Assembly (NCBI GenBank): GCA_051294375.1
Contig: CM119264.1
Span: forward strand, 9,668,968-9,732,967
From: Paraspadella gotoi
Lineage: Eukaryota > Animalia > Chaetognatha
Direction of reading: 5' to 3'
Length of the DNA stretch: 64,000 nucleotides
Shown here: positions 57,634 to 64,000 of the stretch, one piece after another
Layout of the letters: each line of letters begins with the position of its first letter
Numbering within the stretch: position 1 is the first letter of the stretch
Program-made: the position numbers and the translations under genes
The notes under the pieces: generated by a model
What the model was told of the DNA's origin: nothing
The model's database searches: none
What the model saw: only the letters and a program-made list of their open reading frames with translations

Positions 57634-59163
57634 ATGTCCGGAGCAGATAAAAGACGGCTCTCGTAAGTTATTGGTTTTTGGCGGTATTTATACTTTACTT
57701 TGGGCGTTGCTTACATATTCTGGAAATAACGAAAATTCTTTATGCGCAACCAAAGAATATTTTTATACGTAATGTCAAACTCAAATACAGAAATAAAGAT
57801 TTAACATGCTTTTCTGGCAACGAGAAGGGTTTCCAAATTTACATGCTTTTGTGTAAAGTGACGTAATATCACTGCGAACTAAATATAAATATTAATAAAC
57901 ATTATTAATTAAAGTTTTTGCATTTACTAATTGCCAAAGATATACATACAATTGATTTTGTGGATCGCAGGGCCAAAGGTGAATCTCTCTATCTACTTCT
58001 CGACATTCAAAAAGACGCCGCCCCGGACGAAGTCAAAAAAGCCTACAGAAAAGTCAGTATTCTAAGTTATTCTAAACGTTGTCATAAACGAATCTTTATT
58101 CGTTTTATCCTAATTTGTTCTAATTGACAGTTGGCGTTAAAACATCATCCGGATAAAAACCCCGACAACCCCGGCGCAGCGGAGAAGGTTAAAAGTCGTC
58201 GTCATTCTTTGTATTTTCTTTGTTATGATCTCAGCAGACTTTTAAAGCTTTAAATTCAATTGATAAAATTGTTTTCGGCTTTAAGCAAATTTGATAAACG
58301 TGAACAAATGAAAATGATATTTTGTTTTTCATGTAGTTCAAAGAGATCAACCACGCTCATTCAGTATTAAGCGACGAAAAAAAGCGTCGCATCTACGACG
58401 AATACGGAAGCTTTGGTCTCTACGTCGCCGAGCAATTCGGGGACGACAACGTGAACACTTACTTCAGATTGACTAGTCCGTGGTGCAAGGTAAGGCCATT
58501 GAACCAATGAGAGACGTATGACCCATTCATCCTCGCTTTTCCTCTATCCGATATTCAATTTGTATCATTTCCCCTTCAGGCCCTTCTGGTATTTTGCGGC
58601 TGCATCACAGGCTGCTATTTCTGCTGCTGCTGCTTCTGTTGCTGTTTCAACTTTTGCTGCGGCAAGTGCAAGCCGTCTACTCCATACGATGACCTCGATC
58701 CTCAGTGCGATCCCGATGAAGTACGTTCACAGTTGTCGGTCTCTCTCACTCAACACCCCTCTTTGTCTCAACACCCCATTTTATAGCTTCATCTTTTTTT
58801 AATCACTCCTCTTGGCGTAGCAGGACAACGGTGAAGACGAGGTCGATCCCGGTGTGGTGACGTCACAACCCGAATCGTCGCCGTCTCGAGAGAAGGGGCC
58901 GGTTTTCGCGATGCCCCCTCCACCCACCGCCAACGGTGCTGGTGAGTGGGATGGGGTGGGTGGGTGGGGTCGCTGCGTCGGATGCGAAGTTTGGTGAAGA
59001 ACTAAAATAGTTGCGCAGAAAAGACGTCAGTGATGGATCAGTCACAAAAAAAGTGTCAAATGAAATGAAAATTTTGGTTGTTGTTGTCATTGTTTGGCTT
59101 GTTACTTTTTTTGTTTTGAAGTAAGCGCAGTTTCCCATTGATATTTTCGTAATTATGTTATTA

Positions 59164-59195
<32 letters not shown>

Positions 59196-59469
59196 TATTA
59201 TTATGTTATATTATATTAGCTGAACAATATTTTTAAAAAATTATACTACTACTGTTTTTTGTTGTTTTTTTTTTACAGCTGATCCATTCCCTTCGAAAGT
59301 AACGGAGAACACGACGTTAAATTCCGATTCTAAAGAGGTCTACGGGGGAACCCTCAATCAGACTGTCACTTCTCAGCCTTCGCCGTCGTCGTCGCCGACG
59401 AAGACGACGACGTCGTTAGCGGAGACGACGACGACGACGACGACATCGTCTTCCGCTGCCGTAGAGTGA
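57634..59469 (+). CDS. DNAJC5: DnaJ homolog subfamily C member 5 / cysteine string protein (about 257 aa); exons 57634-57662, 57971-58052, 58131-58187, 58337-58489, 58580-58720, 58821-58941, 59279-59469
   Basis: Intact 774-nt spliced ORF: [10 protein letters not shown] (PKA-type Ser10), J domain with [38 protein letters not shown] linker, cysteine string [28 protein letters not shown], and PVFAMPPP...ENTTLN tail resembling Drosophila Csp. All introns GT-AG and in phase. Confidence 0.96.
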
Positions 59470-61177
59470 CGTAGCATCCATCTGGAACTCTTGTCTAAAA
59501 AAAACTTTTTTTCCCCGCTTTGGTATCTTATTCTTTTTTATGTTAAAAATTTCAAAAAAGTCTAAAATTTTAATGTAACGGATCTTATGAATATGATAAA
59601 AAAATTTATACTTCTAGTTTGTAATACGTGCCTTGTACGTATTTTGATTTTTGTTCAGAGTTTGTTAAATTTATATTTAATCCTCATTTAAAATTTTTTT
59701 TATTGTATTTTGACTTTCTTTTTGCTATTTAAAATAGTTTAGAGATGAAACGAAAAATTCGTTGTAATAGCAATTTTTTATTTTTATTGAATTCATTTGC
59801 TGATGAAGACTCGTAACACTAAGAGTCGAAACATGTACATTAATAAAAATAAAAAATTGCTATTACAACGAATTAAACTTTAATCCTTTTTTATGCCATT
59901 AATTTTATTCAGTCTTTTTATATACCAAGAAAGGTTTGGAAAATTCAATTTAATAAAAATATTTTTAGGAATAATTATGATTCCGGTCATATAAAATCGT
60001 CCAAACCCCCAAATCTTTCAAAAGATGAAATATCCTCTAGAGGAGAAGACAATTAAACACGAATCATATTTGATTTTTAAGTTTAGTTACTTGATTTACT
60101 TGTATGAAAGAAAAAAAAAATTTTAATTCAACATTTTACTGTATTAGGTATAAGATGATTTTGTAGTTTTATATATGGTGTACCTTAGTTTTATCAAATT
60201 TAAATTACTCTGCCTCGCAAGATTATTATTTTGACAAATTTTCATACAAGAAAATGAACTATTTAAATTTAAAAATTCCCTTATATTGTGTTGTTAAAAG
60301 AAGAAATTCTTGTGAAATGTTGTTACTATTATTGCTGCCGTGTAGTTCGCGACGATTTCAGGGGATGGTTATTTTGGTGTTGGATATTTCTTTAGCATAA
60401 TATTTGTGAATTAGTTAATTTAAACATGTATTATATACACTTTTTGTTCGTGCTATTTTCGTTAATTTTATCAGAGAAAAGTGTATAACTAATGACTGCT
60501 TTACAATTCATAAAACCACGCTAATTTTTTTATAACTATTTTAATTTATGTATTACTCATATTTATAAAAAAATTCAAAGTAAAAGAAAACTTTAATAGT
60601 ATTCGCTTTAAATTTTAAACAAAATAGATTAGATATGGAGCTTATATACATTTTGAAACTCAAATTTATCTTTACTTTTGCTACGTGATATTACATGCTT
60701 AGTTTTTTATTATTCAAGCTTCTGCATTGTTAAAATTAATAAGAGATAAACAAGATATATCTTGTTATTTAAATTTAAATAAGCACTCAAAAATAAACAT
60801 TTATTTAAATTTTTTCTTTGCCTTGCTTCCCATAGGTTTTTAAGTCTTTCTGACGCTATCACTATATTTACTAATGTTTAAATCAAGAAAACTTACTTCA
60901 TAGTTGTTTCTGTCATCCTTTGATAATATTTTTGAGAACTTTATTATTCAAAGCACATTTACATGAACCTAATCGTGCAACAGTAATTTTAAGTTAATGT
61001 TAATGTTCTTGTGGATAATTTGTTTAAGAATTCGTTGGAATCACAGTAAGTCATACTTAGAATTAGATTCAATACAATTTATCAAGAAAAGTAGTATGTT
61101 GAAAAAAGGGACAATTTAGAAATGAACTCGCTGACAATAATATAAAAACTAAAAAACACAAACTACTTTCAGTGAGG

Positions 61178-61245
<68 letters not shown>

Positions 61246-61691
61246 GATCTTAACGATTTTTTTATTATTTATTATTAAAGGACGATGGAAATAGCATGTA
61301 TTTTATATCTTTTTTTAATTAATCAAAATGGCAAATTGTAACCGAAAATATTTTCCTATATTTTACGTTGCTCAATTAGAAACACTTTTCTTCTGTATGA
61401 TTTTTAGTTTATTTGTACAATGTACATAAATGACCGAGTTTCGATAAGTATTTCTTTTTTTCAGATTTGTTGATTGATTGATTGCCAGTTTAATTAGGTA
61501 GCATAGAAATTGTTTAAAAAAATTAGTGGAAGTTACAGATAACGATTTTTTTTTAAATAAATTCTATTTACAAAGCGAAAATAAATAAACTTTTTTCAAA
61601 ATCTAATTGATTTGATTAAAATGAAAAAAACACACATATGACGAAATGTAACATTTTCTCTTCAGTATTTTCTAATGAATTGCATTGTTCT

Positions 61692-64000
61692 TCAAAAGCC
61701 TATGCTGAGGACCCCTAACAAGATGAGCAAGAGGGCGAAACAAATGAGCATCAGTCGGTCGAGCATCCGGGCGACGAAACGCCACTCGGCGATGTTGCGG
61801 GCGCCTTTAGCAGAATTCGACAATGTCGTATCTTCTCCTTCATTATCGTCGCTAAGGTCCAGATGTTCGTTAGCTGGTGGTGTTGGACAATCGATTGATT
61901 AATTTATTTATTTCATTAGATATATCTATAGATCATTACATTGACTCTTTTAAAATATTAATATATATATTATATATTTATATAAATATTAGTATTACGT
62001 ACGTATATAGAATTTTCAAAACTCACGCAGACAGGAAATGACGGAGAATCCCGAAGCAAACTTCCTGAGTAGGCGGTGGGGCCTGGACGAGGAATTGGAA
62101 GGGTAGGCCATCAGGATGAGAAAGGTGTGCCAAAAGAGTGCCAGCGTCACGAACGCCATGTTGACCGCGTAATAGCCGACAATGGCCACCGCGCCACCTT
62201 GTGGGATTTAAAAAAGTAGTTAATTTTAAAAAAGCAATTCTAAGTAAATTATTGTTAAAATAATAGTTGGTAAATAAAAAAAAGTGAGTTTACCAGACGG
62301 GACGGTGACACAAAGAATTGCGAACATCACGATCAACGAGAGAAACAAGATGGCGCCAAAAGTCGCTTTTTCCCGGCATTCTGTAAAAACAGGAGGAAAA
62401 AAATTCCAATTTTAGTAATAAAAAATGAAAAAAAAAAAAACCACTTTGATTCGTGACGTCGTCTTACCCGCGGGAAGAATGAACATGGCGATAGTTAAAA
62501 ATGCCGTAGCGACGCCGGGAAAAATGAGAAGAACTTGAGAAGAGGACAACTGATAAAATGAAAAGAACTTGAGAGGAGGACAACTGATAAAATGAGAAGA
62601 ACTTGAGAGGAGGACAACTGATAAAATGAGAAGAACTTGAGAGGAGGACAACTGATAAAATGAGAAGAACTTGAGAGGAGGACAACTGATAAAATGAGAA
62701 GAACTTGAGAAGAGGACAACTGATAAAATGTCAGCTCGTAAATTTGTCGAAGATTAGAATTAGTACTATGATTCTTGTCCCATTTCATTATTATAGAATT
62801 TTTTCTTCGTAGATTAAAAACACAATTTTTTACATATTATACGATGATAATTTTTTTATCTGTTATTTGATTTGTTTGCACATTAATTTTAATAATCATT
62901 ATCTTACAGAAATTTGAGAAAGAAATTGTCTAAGCTCGATCGCAATTCAAACCTTGCGTCTAAATTCGAATGTGTATAGGACGTGCTCATACGGTTCGGG
63001 ACAGCACTCGTAGTGAAGAGTGTTCAGTTCCGTTCCTCGAAGTGAAAAAAAAAAAATATTTTAAAGCATTTTGTGGTGTTTATTTATTTATATTTTTTCC
63101 GAATATTGTTATTAAAATATTGTTTTATTATTTAGCGCTGATGGCGACTAGCATATTAGCCGAAAATAAACCAAATTCGTTGTTTTCAAATGCGTTTAAT
63201 TACCAATTGCCTTTGTTTCCCATTCCGGATTTTCTTGGAATGCCTGCATGTCGACCTCTTTGTCCATCAGAGATAATTTCATCTGCATAACAAAAAGTAA
63301 GTTCATTAAAAAAATGATATCGACTATACTAAGTTACCGAGGGTGAGTTACTTCGTATCCGGAATACGTCCAAGGGCCCATCTTCAAATGGCACCGGTGA
63401 GTATCTACGGGATAAAGTCTCAGAGAAGAGCTTCCACACGCCGCCTGGAATTTAGCCTAAAGAAGAATGATTAACTTTTTAGACTATTGAAGGTTTGGGA
63501 AAGCGTGAATTAAAAACGTTTTTTACTATTTTCAATTTACTTGAGGAACAAATAAGACTGTTCCGTCGGGTGAAACAACGGCGTTGCTATCTTCAATCTC
63601 GAAGGGCTCTGCGGCGTTGTAGAGAGTCACATCCGGGATCCAGAGTTTTGAAGAGGGGATTCGCAGCTGTGCGTCATCCGGTAACTTGTATTTAGCCGGA
63701 TCGAAGGAAAGCCTGGAGACAATCATGACACATTGACACATTGCATTGGTGAGAAAAGCTTAAACGGAGTTCCAAAGATATATATAAAAACAGTTCAGAA
63801 CCGAAAGAAAAAAAATGTGTCTGTGGAAAAAAAAGGATGAAAAAAAAACCAGGTAATACAAATGACAATATAAATGAAAAAATAGAGAAGGAAAAAAATT
63901 ACAAAGATTAAAGAGTTCACTAATCTATCCTTCTATAACCTCGGGTCTTTCCACATGAGTTTCATCCAAATGTTCCCGGAAAAAGTTCTTCTTTGGCCAA
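61692..64000 (-). CDS. Divergent nicotinic acetylcholine receptor alpha-type subunit (Cys-loop channel), 5' end outside window; exons >64000-63940, 63712-63541, 63456-63352, 63282-63204, 63035-62953, 62549-62468, 62380-62294, 62197-62027, 61873-61692
   Basis: In-phase translation: NIWMKLMWKDPRL (loop D), LWIPDVTLYN (loop A), Cys loop CGSSSLRLYPVDTHRC, GPWTYSG (loop B), ENPEWE, HYECCPEPY (loop C with vicinal Cys = alpha type), M1 LLIFPGVATAFLTIAMFILP, M2 ECREKATFGAILFLSLIVMFAILCVTVP, M3 IVGYYAVNMAFVTLALFWHTFLI, EWRFVARMLDRL + M4, TGA at 61694-61692. Confidence 0.95.
62522..62730 (-). repeat. 34-bp minisatellite x6 containing the M1-exon splice acceptor of the receptor gene
   Basis: Plus-strand caactgata recurs at 62547, 62581, 62615, 62649, 62683, 62717; minus-strand unit is ttttatcag|ttgtcctc(c/t)tctcaagttcttctca. 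Confidence 0.95.

Larger units (their letters stand above)
48991..63452. repeat. Direct tandem duplication, ~7.2 kb unit (copy A 48991-56179, copy B 56193-63452)
   Basis: Both copies start tccatc(c)acgaacttaacc and end ccacacgccgcctggaatt; colinear wherever compared, differing mostly by single-base indels; 13-nt linker between them. Confidence 0.97.

Noticed and set aside
58518-58802. Ala-rich ORF ([14 protein letters not shown])
   Set aside because: Wrong frame of the cysteine-string exon of DNAJC5.
62522-62730. 34-bp repeats as a CRISPR array
   Set aside because: Units are head-to-tail with no unique spacers, there are no cas genes, and the context is a eukaryotic intron/exon boundary.
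63129-63203. Apparent stop (…ISAK*) making the receptor an extracellular-domain-only gene
   Set aside because: This is intron sequence: a GTAATT donor at 63203 splices in phase to the loop-C exon, and M1-M4 exons follow.

Overview
AT-rich, microsatellite-dense genomic DNA from an invertebrate animal (spliced genes with short introns; the cysteine string protein tail resembles protostome orthologues). Almost all supplied ORFs are translations of simple repeats; the real genes were rebuilt by hand from splice sites. On +: an unidentified single-pass, possibly Ig-like membrane protein (7 phase-compatible exons, 5178-17385), the 3' RhoGAP exons of an ARHGAP39/Vilse orthologue (32051-33886), and DNAJC5/cysteine string protein (intact at 57634-59469). 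On -: a cytosolic sulfotransferase with a GC-AG intron (47731 to ~49640) and a divergent nicotinic acetylcholine receptor alpha-type subunit (61692 to beyond 64000). Much of the large-scale structure looks like long-read gap-filling artefact: three 25-N spacers, a noisy re-read plus fold-back inversion at 18-24 kb, and a 7.2-kb tandem duplication whose first copy is full of single-base indels. The best biological lead is the junction between the ligand-binding and transmembrane domains of the receptor. It has an in-frame stop right after a weak donor, a consensus donor downstream of that stop, and a 34-bp minisatellite that multiplies the M1 acceptor six times. This could switch between channel and soluble AChBP-like products, but it is an untested inference. 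No CRISPR, rRNA or prokaryotic system is seen.
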